64,000 nucleotides of DNA from positions 32,001-96,000 of the IMG/VR virus record IMGVR_UViG_2894097338_000001; one strand, written 5' to 3'. Each line of letters starts with the position of its first letter. Position 1 is the first letter of the stretch. The stretch is from a virus. Lineage: Duplodnaviria > Caudoviricetes. The position numbers and the translations under genes were made by a program. Positions 52,432 through 63,888 of the stretch are shown piece after piece. The notes beneath the pieces are model-generated. The model saw only the letters and a list, made by a program, of their open reading frames with translations, searched no databases and was not told where the DNA came from.

Positions 52432-53370
52432 ATGTATAAATATAAAAATACCTTTATAGACCGCTTGGTTGTGATTATTTTGTTTGTAATGCTTTTATTA
52501 TTTCTGTTAGGGTACAATCTTTATCAAGCTAAAAAGAATGATACTTCAACCATTCAAGCTCCTAACAGTGTCGTTCAAGTCGTAGATGTCAACGATGAAA
52601 TTTCACATTCATTTTCATTTCAAAGTGATGTCGATGAACTTTTTTTGATGGAAGTTACCGAGACCTCTCTAGTTCCAATTGCTGATATTAAAAAAAACGG
52701 TTCAGAATCGACGATCATTGACTTTAAGTTTTCTAAAGCAAGTCCAGATAAGCGTGGAAACTTAATTGTAAAATCAAAATTAGACGATGACAAGATTTTA
52801 GGTAAAAATATCTATGTTTCTCAAGAAGAATTTAAAGATAAAGACAAGTATGTTGTAGAATCTCTTGAGAATGGCTTGGAGAAATATGTAGACACAACTC
52901 CAATTTCGATTTCTGGAGGTTTGATCGATAGAAAATATAATAGCTTAAAGCTTGTTAATTCGTCAGTAGAATATCAAAGAAACTATCTTTCGTTATTGAG
53001 AAAAGAAGAGAAAAATAAATCAGAGAAGAACGCTGCCGAAAAATTAGAGCGAGAAAAGAAAGATGAAATCTCAGCTCGTGAAGACAATAAAGATTTAACC
53101 ATAAACGAAACCTACAACGACGAAAACTTGAAAAAATTTACCATTGAAAACATAACAGAAGGTCAGACTATTGAAATAAGTGGAGAATCCGACGGAGTTG
53201 TTACTGCATATCTTAAAACAATCTATGACGAACAAATATCCAGCGATATTAGTTCTGGCGGTCAATTTTCTTTCTACTTCAACCCGTCTGTTCCAAAAGG
53301 AGGTAGCGGTAGTTTCCATGTTGAATTGAAAAATGTAGAACCTATCAGTTGGCATATCAAAGTATATTAA
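52432..53370 (+). CDS. Reverse-oriented membrane-anchored protein (moron)
   Basis: N-terminal TM segment, extended -10 TGTTATAAT at about 52390, terminator gagagtgc-ttat-gcgctctc at 53379-53398. Confidence 0.75.
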   Translation: MYKYKNTFIDRLVVIILFVMLLLFLLGYNLYQAKKNDTSTIQAPNSVVQVVDVNDEISHSFSFQSDVDELFLMEVTETSLVPIADIKKNGSESTIIDFKFSKASPDKRGNLIVKSKLDDDKILGKNIYVSQEEFKDKDKYVVESLENGLEKYVDTTPISISGGLIDRKYNSLKLVNSSVEYQRNYLSLLRKEEKNKSEKNAAEKLEREKKDEISAREDNKDLTINETYNDENLKKFTIENITEGQTIEISGESDGVVTAYLKTIYDEQISSDISSGGQFSFYFNPSVPKGGSGSFHVELKNVEPISWHIKVY

Positions 53371-53428
53371 ACTTTCGAGAGAGTGCTTATGCGCTCTCTT
53401 TCTCTTTATAAAACCATTCTTTTACCAG

Positions 53429-54465
53429 CTATTTAAAATTCAAATCAAAATCTGGACTGTATTCCCATCTTTTAAGTTTAAAATAGATAACTTCGTCATG
53501 AACTTCTTCTTGAATTTTACTGTCACATACGTCTGTTACTACATACAATTTATTGTTTAATTTACATACGCTATCAACATTAACGTCGGAAGAAAAACTA
53601 CCGAGCTCTCCAATAAAGTTATTGTTTCTGTCATATACTTTCCAAACATATCCTTCGTAAGATCCAGTACCATGATACGATTGTCTGACAACTAAAGTCT
53701 CGTTCATCATTTCACCTCCTAATATTCCCTTTGTTTATGAATCTTTCTTGATACAGCTCCGATTTCTTTGTGCATATCAAAATCTCTTTGAAATTCTTCG
53801 ATTCCACGTTCGTCATGTTCATACTTTTTGGCATGTTTGAAATTTGTAAACAACATCCCTCCAGACCAAGACATCCCACGACCTGCATATATCGAATCAC
53901 GCCCACCTAAATATCCAAAATTTGTATCAATTACTGACACCCAAACTTTTTCAAATCTTGACATCTGTGATCTAAGCTCTGGAATAAAATTGTCTACATC
54001 TAAGAAAATCTCGACAGGTCTACTCCACAACCTACCACTCTCGTCCTTATATAGAACCAATTCTTCTTCTGTTTCTGTGTGAGTAGAAGCTCCTACAACT
54101 TCGTAAATACCACCCTTGTAGTGCTTGTAAAAATCATTTGCGACTCTTTGTATTGGAGTGTTACTCTCTCCTACTTTCCCTCCATTTAATTTAAGAAAAT
54201 CTCTAGATTCTTCGCTGCTTAAAACTATCGGCTCTCCAATTCTTGCCATCAATCTTCCTCCTATAAATAATCTCTTTTCGCAAGATGAACATTTCGCCCA
54301 TTTATGCTCTTTATGTATCAACACTTCGTACATTCCACCGTTATCAGTCTCTTCTCCATCGTATCTCAAATGAAACTGACTTCTACCACTTACGGTAGAT
54401 GTTGTGTAGCAGGTGTCGTGTCCGCAGTGAGGACATTCGTTTATATCTCCGTGCATATTAATCAA
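53429..54465 (-). CDS. Hypothetical genes; 53719-54465 is a Zn-ribbon + DUF1653-like fusion
   Basis: CPHC and CSSC motifs; YKHYKGGIYEV...HTETEEELVLY...LWSRP. Confidence 0.6.
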
Positions 54466-54537
54466 TCCTTTTATTTAGTTTTATTTCTCCAAATTTGTGA
54501 TATGATAAAATCATAAATTATATTTGGAGGATTTTTT

Positions 54538-55152
54538 ATGTTTGAATTTACGCAGTTGTTATTGTTAATTTTGAGTTTGTTTTTCTTCTACATGTCTGTT
54601 GAAGGATTCGATTTTCAATCCGCTCCTTTTTTTATAGGAGTAGCCATCTTTGTCTTTTTCATCTACAGATTTGTTAAAAATTCGAAGATTCAAAAGGAAA
54701 CAAAAATATTGAGAAATCAATTGGTGGCAAAAATAAATCCTAATGATAAATTCATTTTAAATGTAGGTTCTGAAACGCCAATCATTGCAATTAATGCCGA
54801 TGAAAAAGTAGTTACTTTACTAAACGAAAATAACGAAGTTAAATCTTTTAAATTTGAAGAAGTTAACAAGTATGAAATCACAGTAGATGATTCTAGTATC
54901 GTTCAAAAAGATTTGGCTGGTGCATTATTTACACCAGCGGCTTCAAACGTTAGAACTTTTTCTGTCAAAAGATTGCATAGTGCAAAAGTTACCATTTATC
55001 TCAACAATTTCGACCATCCTTTCGAAAGTTGTATCATATGGGGCGGAGCTAAAGTAAAAGAAGGAAGTAGTATATACAAAGAGATAGATAATGAGATTAA
55101 AAAAACAACTGCATATTTTGACATCATTGGTTCAGTTGTCAATAACAGTTAA
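54538..55152 (+). CDS. Reverse-oriented two-TM membrane protein (moron)
   Basis: Two TM segments, TGATATGAT -10 at about 54498, terminator aaaacatact-tgaa-agtatgtttt at 55151-55178. Confidence 0.75.
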   Translation: MFEFTQLLLLILSLFFFYMSVEGFDFQSAPFFIGVAIFVFFIYRFVKNSKIQKETKILRNQLVAKINPNDKFILNVGSETPIIAINADEKVVTLLNENNEVKSFKFEEVNKYEITVDDSSIVQKDLAGALFTPAASNVRTFSVKRLHSAKVTIYLNNFDHPFESCIIWGGAKVKEGSSIYKEIDNEIKKTTAYFDIIGSVVNNS

Positions 55153-55213
55153 AACATACTTGAAAGTATGTTTTTTTTGATAAAATCATTGTTTTATCAA
55201 CAACGATAAATTT

Positions 55214-58200
55214 CTATTTAATTCGCCCTTTTATAATTATCCATGACAATACTGCAAAAGGTGTTATTTCGCTTATAGCTCCCAAAACTCTTAAAATGGT
55301 TGTAAGTATATAGCTTGGAATGTAGGAAGCTGAAAATAACACCAGTCCAGCTATTACATATATCAAAATCGGTATTATGTTATTTTTTAATAAACTCATT
55401 TTTCATTCTCCTTTATATATCCATCATTCCAAAAGGCGTAACAGCTATACCTTTCATTTCCATTCTCTTCTTGCAATCGTCTATATTATCGAAAGCGTAA
55501 CTAGCTCCCCAATATGGAGCATATCGACCATCTTTCATGTAAATGGCTTCTCCTTTGTATTCTTCCACAAAGCGCTTTTCTTTGATGGACTTACAGGCTT
55601 CATGGAAGCAATCTGAACAATACGCACCAGTAGATGAAAAGTCCAAATCTCTTACTATCCTAGCTTCTCTAATAACAAATGAGTGCATATTAAATGGTTT
55701 GGAGCAATTGTTACAACTTAGCTTGTGCCTAACCTTTTTCTTCTCCATATCTTTTCCTACTTTCTAAAATGATTATTTTAATAACATTCTCTGCATAACA
55801 CTTAATACCCAGCTATAATTTTTCATTCTAACTAAGTCATTAGATAGATCTTCTAAGCTAAATTCTTCAGAACATGAAGAGACGCTCCTTACTGTACGCT
55901 TACTTATAGACCACGTTGTTTCCAGTAAACCTGCATGAATAGTAATATTCATACTGTGATCCTGGACTTTGACATATATAAGATCTCCCTTATTCTTCAT
56001 AACCTCTTCTACGATAACATCTTTAATATCTTCGAATGTTGTCATTAATATCAACCCTCTCTCTATTTATGCTTGATATACTCCCTCAATCTTCCATAAT
56101 TACCTTTTTACTATCTTTATACTTTTTACTATTCATCTTATCTACCACCCATTACTTCCATGGAACATTTCATCGTCTGGAATTGGTTCCACATAATACT
56201 CTCCGTCACCCTCATTAACTTCTTCAATAACTTCAACTGGTTTAAGTTTAAAAATCCTCCATTTACCATCAAGCTTATCTCTAAACTCATTAGCTGCTTT
56301 TTCAGATGTGTGAATATGATTTTCCAATCTAATTTTCCGTTTCCGCAATCTCTTGCAAGTATATGAAAGTCTGGTTTAATTGCCATTCTTAAAACGCTCC
56401 TTCCACTTATGGTTGTATTCTAGGTGCCACCATCGACTGTCGTCTATCCAGTGAGCTTCATCAATTTTATTTTTAAGAAACAAGTTTTTTATTTTGATCC
56501 AAAACATTCTTGATGAGTAGTCGCTGCTTTTTCTGTATAATTCTTGTATTTCTTCTTTAGTCATTTCCATAGCCTACCATTTCCATATCCCTTTTTGCTT
56601 CTTCATCCAGTCTTCTACTTCATTAATGCTCTCCAGGAAATCTATAGATAAAACAAAGTTAATATCGCTAAGGACACTTTCGGTATACTTAGATTCTAAT
56701 GTGCCATCGGACAGATTTAGTACCGTAACTTTATCGTCATCATCTTCGCAATCAGTTATCATATACATACCAGATACATCTACAACGACATTTCCTGGCT
56801 TTAGAACAGATATATATTCCTTTCTCATTTTGACGACTCCTCTACTATTTCCAAAATATCGTCGATGATACCATTGATCAAGCCTTCATGTGGCCAATCA
56901 ATTTCTTTAATTTTATTGTCTCTGTACTCATTAATTTTTTTAGAAATATCATCCATTTTAATTCCTCCTAGTCATTTTCTTTGTTTTGAAAATACTTGTC
57001 ATAAGTTTCTTTCGTGGCATTAATTTTATTTAAGTCAATATCGTCATGCCACTCAAACTCATTTGACTCGTCCTCTCCGACGATTAAATCAGCTCTCCCC
57101 ATATAGCCTCTTTCAAAAAGGTGAGATAACTCACCTTTGAAAGCTTCTTTGTTTTCAATTTGATCATTCGCATCAACATAATAAACGGTTGCTTTGTATA
57201 CTTTAGCCATTGTACATTCCTGCAATTCCACTGATTAGTTCGACTCTATAAGTAGTATCTCTTAGGCTGTTGTAGTATTCGTCAGATTTCTTTTCCATTC
57301 TAAGGAATGATGCAGCTTGTTCATCATCATCTTTTACAAGTGTAATAAAGATATGTCTCCATCCATCCTCATCAATATTTTTTGGGTTGCTAATTTTAGA
57401 TAATAAATCCTCTGTATATTTAATATCTCGATCCATTTCATCCATAGCTGCTTCATAAGTCTTCATCTTATCTTGAGGAACTTTATCAATGTTTTCTCTA
57501 GATTCTTTCAATGATAACCTAGTGTTGTCCGCATCCTCTTTTAGTGATTTAGAAATGATTTCAATATCTGATTCTGTAATACTTAATACATTTTTTGATC
57601 TAGACATCCAGGTTACCTCTCCGTTTTTATTCTCATAAATAAGGCTGCTTGGAATTTTACTTTCTTGCGCCTCAATTCTTTCTGCTTCGATTTTTAATGT
57701 ATATAAAATAGCTCTTTGAACGATTTTAATTGATTTCATCCAGTCATCACCAGTAAAGATAACTGTTAGGTCACGTCCGTTATAGTTAATTTTTGACTCT
57801 ACATCTGGCTTATCAATAGTTTTTAAATATTGAATCGTATCGAACCATCCTTGTGCCGTAGATTGAATGGCTCCAACAAATTTATAATCCTTTTCTCCAG
57901 GCTTAACCTGCTCTCCTACAGTATAATTTCCTCCCAGACTAAATACACAAAGAGTCAAATCTTTTCTACCCTCTACTAAAATGTCTCCTTGTCCGAATAC
58001 TACTTTCATTTCCTCTGCGTTAATCATATAAGTTTCCCCTTTTATTTTTATAGTAAAAATTCTTTTTTATTCTGCCCTTTAAATTCTTTTTTCCATGTCA
58101 TAAATAAACGATGAAAAAGTTCTTTTATTGAACTTAATCAACCTTGTAAGATTATCCTTATTAGGTGGCTGAGCATATGCGCCTTCAATAACTATGCCAC

Positions 58201-58537
58201 GTTCTTTAATTCTTAAGTAACCATTGTTGTCAAAGTCACGATCGTAATAATCATCATAATCTGCCTTTATAGAATCGGCTTCAATTGGTTTAAAGTCTGT
58301 CCAGCACTCGTCAGATATCTCTTTTAATGAATCTAGTAATTTCTTAAATTGATCTGACGTAAATTCATAATCATTTTTAAGACCTTTGCCATCAATGTAA
58401 ATGCCGCCACGAGGATGCTCTTTTAAGTCGCTGTCTTCGTATCGCTTCATAAAGAATACTGCTGATTTCCTATATTGAACTATTAAATCTACTCCATTTG
58501 TATCAGTAAAGATAATTTCTTTTAAACTCTTACTCAT
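55214..58537 (-). CDS. Array of small early hypothetical genes
   Basis: Densely packed ORFs with RBSs (e.g. 55413-55748, 57203-58027, 58079-58537). Confidence 0.55.
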
Positions 58538-58765
58538 AATTTCCTCCGTTGATGTACTTTTTAAATAGAATCTATAATAATAGTTCTACATTCGCCTTTG
58601 CTTTCTTTTACGGCCTCTTCCAGATCCTTGAATACATTATCACTGTTCTCGTTAGTAAGTAGTGATTTGTTAGTCTGATATAATCCACACGTATCAATTA
58701 CTATATCTGTAGGAAATACTACACCTTTCATAAATGACTTCCTCCTTATAAAATGTTCATTTTAT

Positions 58766-59209
58766 TTACATAACTTTTATTTCAGAAATAACATTCTTAT
58801 TAGATAACTCTACAACACCGTTAATGATTAATTTTGATATTAAACAGTTATTGAAAGGAACCGTCGTATCTTCGTCTATCTCCAATCTATAACTTACAGA
58901 TTCAATATCATATACAACCTTAGCGATATATTTTGATCCATTTGTGTATGTAATAAGTACATTGTCTCCAGAATAAATTTTTTCTCCTTCAACATCCGTC
59001 TTCCCTATAAACTGGCCGATAGTATCTCCATCGACTATTGCATGTCCATCGTAATCCGTTAAATCTAAATACCAATTTCCTTCTCTTCCAGTTTCCTTCT
59101 TGTAGTCATCTGAAAACTCTACGAATGACAATCCAGTTCCAAATACCCACTGACCTTTTAAGTCTCCGCTTGACACCATTCCTTTAAAGCTTGGTTCGAT
59201 AAATTTCAT
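58766..59209 (-). CDS. YopX family protein
   Basis: WVFG and TIGQFIGKTDVEGEKIYSGD. Confidence 0.8.
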   Translation of the reverse strand: MKFIEPSFKGMVSSGDLKGQWVFGTGLSFVEFSDDYKKETGREGNWYLDLTDYDGHAIVDGDTIGQFIGKTDVEGEKIYSGDNVLITYTNGSKYIAKVVYDIESVSYRLEIDEDTTVPFNNCLISKLIINGVVELSNKNVISEIKVM

Positions 59210-59542
59210 TTTTATAACTCCTTAATAAATTTTTCTGTTTCTAATACTCCAGTCAACTCCAGTAACCCCATAGCAAATGTAATGACTTGATCTTTTGTCA
59301 TCTGATCATTTACTCCATGATTAATAAGGATAAACTCTAGATCATCTGCCTCGTAATCGCTTGGTTTGTAATGACGCATTTCAGCTGTAATATAATTTCT
59401 TTTGTTTGTAGCCCCAGATCTTAATATCGCAACTCGATTATCTTCATGTTTTGGCATTCTTTCTACCTCCAATTTGCTCGTTTGTATAAGTTGATATCTA
59501 GAGAATCAATCTCGAGGAAAAATTCTCTAGATTCGGGACAAT

Positions 59543-60262
59543 TTATTTTTTCACTTCAAATTTTGGACTCTTAACTCTTGCTGTCTTCTCAACGATTCTA
59601 AAACCTTTGTCGTATTTTCCAAGACCAAAGCTATAGTAGAAGTTTGTGCTAAAGTAGTCGATCATACCGTCGCTATCGTCGTATCTATAAGACATAAGCT
59701 GCTCGAAAACATCATTTAATACTTCATATCCAAAATCATTTAAGATAGGCATTTCCTCTCTATCTCGCATTCTATGAATATCAATGTTAATTCCACCTGC
59801 TTTAAAATCTTCTCCTTCTTCGTGATCGTAAAAGTCTACGTAGCAGTTATCTTTAATCTTGTCGCGCTCTAGAATTTCATAAGGGGCCTCCATTGCTGCC
59901 ACGCTGATAGAAGATCCTCCACTATAGAATTGACATGTGATACTGAATTTCCAAGTCGGATAAACTTCTTTTACATATTTTCTTAAGTTTGCTGCAATTT
60001 CTTTTGTTCCAAGATTAGAATTATACTGGCTACCAGCCCATCCATATTGAGTGTAAAATTCAGATCTTGTGCTGCTAGCTGTTTCTGTTGTTTTGACTTT
60101 ACTCTTCGTTTTCCAAATCGGGAATAGCATATCGTATTCATTGTTAATTTCTTTAATTACTGAATCGTCTCCGCCAGTAATGTCTGGATGATGCTTTTTC
60201 GATAATTCTCTAAATTGTTTCTTTAAATCATCAAATGATTTAACTCTCTTAAAATGTGCCAT
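59543..60262 (-). CDS. J-domain (HPD) protein fused to an LPD29-like domain
   Basis: LKKQFRELSKKHHPDITGG; KEIAANLR...FS and YRYDDSDGMIDYFSTNFY. Confidence 0.75.
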   Translation of the reverse strand: MAHFKRVKSFDDLKKQFRELSKKHHPDITGGDDSVIKEINNEYDMLFPIWKTKSKVKTTETASSTRSEFYTQYGWAGSQYNSNLGTKEIAANLRKYVKEVYPTWKFSITCQFYSGGSSISVAAMEAPYEILERDKIKDNCYVDFYDHEEGEDFKAGGINIDIHRMRDREEMPILNDFGYEVLNDVFEQLMSYRYDDSDGMIDYFSTNFYYSFGLGKYDKGFRIVEKTARVKSPKFEVKK

Positions 60263-60280
60263 GTTAATCTCTCCTTTTTA

Positions 60281-60364
60281 ATTGTAAATACTTATGGTTC
60301 TTTGAAACTTTTGCTGATGAATGAATCATAACACTATATACTTTTGTTGTCAATGCTTATGGTT
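60281..60364 (-). promoter_or_regulatory. Promoter with two 19-bp elements (one at -35, one in the leader)
   Basis: TTGACA-17-TATGAT (60353-60325). Copies at 60346-60364 and 60281-60299. Confidence 0.75.
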
Positions 60365-60374
60365 AATATTTTTT

Positions 60375-63300
60375 TTACATACCAAAAGATTCTTCTGCAG
60401 CTTCAATCATTTCTGATTCGTCATTCTCTCTTACCTCTTTGATATACTTGTCAAACATAGATAAAAACTCTTCAAGCTTATATAATTCTTTTACTGCAGC
60501 TGTTCTCTCATTGTGACAAGTATCAATTTCTTCTATCTTATAAGCATGTTTTATTTGACGACCCATTATTTCAACCGTAACTTTTCTATCTTCGATTATC
60601 TTCAAAATGTCTTCTCTACTCATATTTATTTTCCCTCCTGGATAATTTCTTTATTTTCTTGACTATTTCCATCTACGATAATTTTTTCTTTTCGTCCAAG
60701 CTTGTACATTACACTCAATCCCATGTCGTTACCTTCGTACACTGATCTGTAATGGTCGGCTAACATATCCGCCGTCATTATATCCCAACACATAGCAAGC
60801 TCTATTCCTTTGTGATTCTCTATATTATTATCCACCAACATGAATTTATGTTTTCTTCTCATGATTAACTCCCTCTTTTCTTAATTTGTAATTTAGTTTT
60901 TAGCTTAAATGACTCGTAACTCTTCTGTCTAATTCTATCAGCAAAATCTCCTATGTGACTTGTAAGTGGTATCCAATTTCCCTCCTTAGTTAATCCATAC
61001 ATTGTAACATTTCCCTGCTGTAGTCTAAATTCCTCTCTCTTAACCCCTGCGAACTCGCATAACTCTTCTACCAGTCTTTTCTTTTCTTTATTCATTACTG
61101 ACTGTGTAGTGAACTCAATTGACTCAAATTCAAACATTTTCTATTCCTCCTTTATTTTTCATCCATAATTTCTTCAATTTCTGAAATCTCACCATCGCTA
61201 TATCCTAGCTCGTTTAAATATTTTTTATCCTCTACACTAAGCTCTTCGCAACTTCCCAAGAATGAAAAACACTCATTAGTGATTGTTTCTGTTGTACTAT
61301 TTTTGTCTACATCAAACCTCTTAAACCATGCTCTTAAACTCATATTAACCTCTCCTTATTAAAAGTTTTTCTCCATAAGACACTCATAATATGAATGCCT
61401 TAGCAAAAATTCTTTTTATTCCTGTCATCTTTTATACTTTGAAGCAAAGATGACTTGCCCCATAAATTCGATATATTCTTCTCTCTTAAAGCCATCTATT
61501 TTAACTTCTACCTCGTGAGTTGAATCAAGTTGTTCCCTATCATATAAGTTATTCTGTTGATAATTACCTATTAAATACTCTGTATTATCTCTTTTGATTC
61601 TCTTTTCTGGTTTAAAATAATTTTTCTCTGTTTCTGAATGATAAACTAAATATGGTTTTTCTTTAAAAATCTTCATGATATATTCCTACTTTCTAAAATA
61701 ATTGTTTTATCTACATTTCTATTCCACATCTTTTCTAAAATTAACTATCATGTATTCAATCCATTGCTCTGGTGTGCTTCCGTATGTATATCCGTTGTAA
61801 CTACACTGTTTCCACATATTAATACTTATATTTTGACTTATTTCATTTTCTGTACAATTGTGTTCTTCCAACTTTTTATTTAGAATTTCCATATATTCAT
61901 CTTCGGATACTTCGACTTTATAAGAGTCTCTTCCTGTTTCGTACTTTGACTTGATGACCTCTATTCTCATTTCAATTCCTCCAATAAATTCTTTTTATTT
62001 GTGTAATTTTTTATCTAGTTAAAATTCTATATTTGTACATATCTCAAAAGCTTCATGATTAGTAAATTTATCCATTGCCCACTTTTGAAAAGAATAGATA
62101 GCTTCACTTTTTGTAATTAAACCTCTATCAAGTAAAGATTTTTCTTTATTGTATCTTTCATTAACCTCGCTATTCTCTGCTAAATCTAACAAGTGTGTAA
62201 AGTTATATTTTTCCATTTCAATTCCACCTTTATTTTATTTTTCTTGATAAAAGAAATATTCTATCAATCGTGTTCGCTTTGTTCTGCGATTATTTCCGCC
62301 TTTAATTTTTATTTTTTTATTAGTCTTCTTTTGAATTTTCAAAATCTTCGATTCGTTTCATTGCGATGTTTACTCCCACCAGTAACGCATTATCATTCTT
62401 GATTTGATCGACAGTCATTCCAAGTGCTTCAATAGCAGGATCAGCGTCATAAGTATATCCATATTCATGGTTGTTTAGCTCGTACTCAAACATATCTGCG
62501 ATATATCCTGTTCCGTCTTTATCTTCTGCGATATTTCTTTTTTCTTCTGCCCTTATCTCTTCAAACATTTTTTCATAAGCTTCTGCGTCAGTTTTTCTAA
62601 TGATTCCTCCACCTGCAATTGATAACACTTTGTCTTTGTCGTCTTTTGTAAGGCCTAAATCATTCATTGCTTCCTCGAATTGTTTTTCATCAAAGAAGAA
62701 TCTCATAGGAAATTCGTTTACTCGTTTTTGATGTCTGCTTTTCATTTCTGCGTATTTGTTAGTCATTTTATTTTCCACCTTTATTTTTTAGTTTTTGTAT
62801 TCTTTATATCTAAGTTCATATCCAATATTTTCCGATGTTTCTATGTACCACTGTTCGTGGTCTCGATAATTTTCTTTTGTTTCTGACTGACTAGCTAGGT
62901 TTTTCATAAAATTGTCGGCCGCTTCAAAGTCTTTATAATTTGTCGATGTTTGGCCGCTCATTGTTGATTTTATTATTACGGCATTTTCTAATTTCATGAT
63001 GTCTCCTTTCGATTTTTATTAACCTTGCTTATCACTGCGTTTCGCATTTAATAAAATTTCTTTTTATTTCTGACAATAATTATTGCTGACCGACAATTAC
63101 TTGTGGACGATTATTTAATTGGTATAACATTACTACTTGATTAATATAAGACTTCTTCTTATCTAATTTATTAGCTACCTCTAATTGAGTTAGTCCATAA
63201 GATAATAGATGTCTAATGTCATTCGCTAGGTTTGACGTTTTGTTCTTTCCGTTTTCACTCATTCTTGTTGCTAAGGCCAAGTAAGCTGATAGATTATTGT

Positions 63301-63888
63301 TTTCGCCTTTTACATAAGATACTTCTGTAATAATTCCATTCTGCTCTAATCTCGCGATTGTCTTAAGTCCTCCAACAAATTTTCTGTTCTCATAAGTCAC
63401 GTTGCCACCATTTAATTTTGTAATATCAAACCCTAAATTTTTCATTTTTCTTCCTCCTAAAATTTCTTTTTAATGCTGCCCTACATATTTGTGTATTTAA
63501 CGTTTTCTCTAGCTCTCATAGTTAGATAAAATTCAATTTCATCATCGTTGTAGCGTCCATCATAAATATCTGATAAGCCTATATTTGCTTTTCCTTTAAC
63601 CTCTTCTGCAATTTCTTTCATTCTTTCCTGTGTCATCTTTATTTCCTCCTAGATTAATTTCTCTAATGATTTTTCTAATACTAAAGCTTCTACGTCGTCA
63701 TATGTGTAGTCAGTTAGGAAAAATTCTAAATCTTGCTGACCATCTGTCACACCGTCTAGCCACTTCTCAACAAACTCTCTTTCAAACGCGACTACCTTCT
63801 CGACACCTTTTTCTTCATAGTATAAAATTACTGGGTTTATAATCATCTTGTTTCCTCCTAAAATTTTTTTAATTGCTCCATAGAACAC
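60375..63888 (-). CDS. Array of small early hypothetical genes; 63080-63445 has a C-terminal HTH
   Basis: ORF track; GLTQLEVANKLDKKKSYINQV. Confidence 0.55.

Larger units (their letters stand above)
14372..62264. repeat. Dispersed palindrome ATAAAA-N6-TTTTAT at gene junctions
   Basis: Perfect at 14372, 22732, 27911, 49582, 55180 and 58748. One or two mismatches at 53408, 55764, 58053, 61693 and 62247. Confidence 0.8.

Noticed and set aside
481-63842. Many short antisense ORFs in the ORF track
   Set aside because: They are shadows of real genes on the opposite strand, with no RBS and implausible composition.
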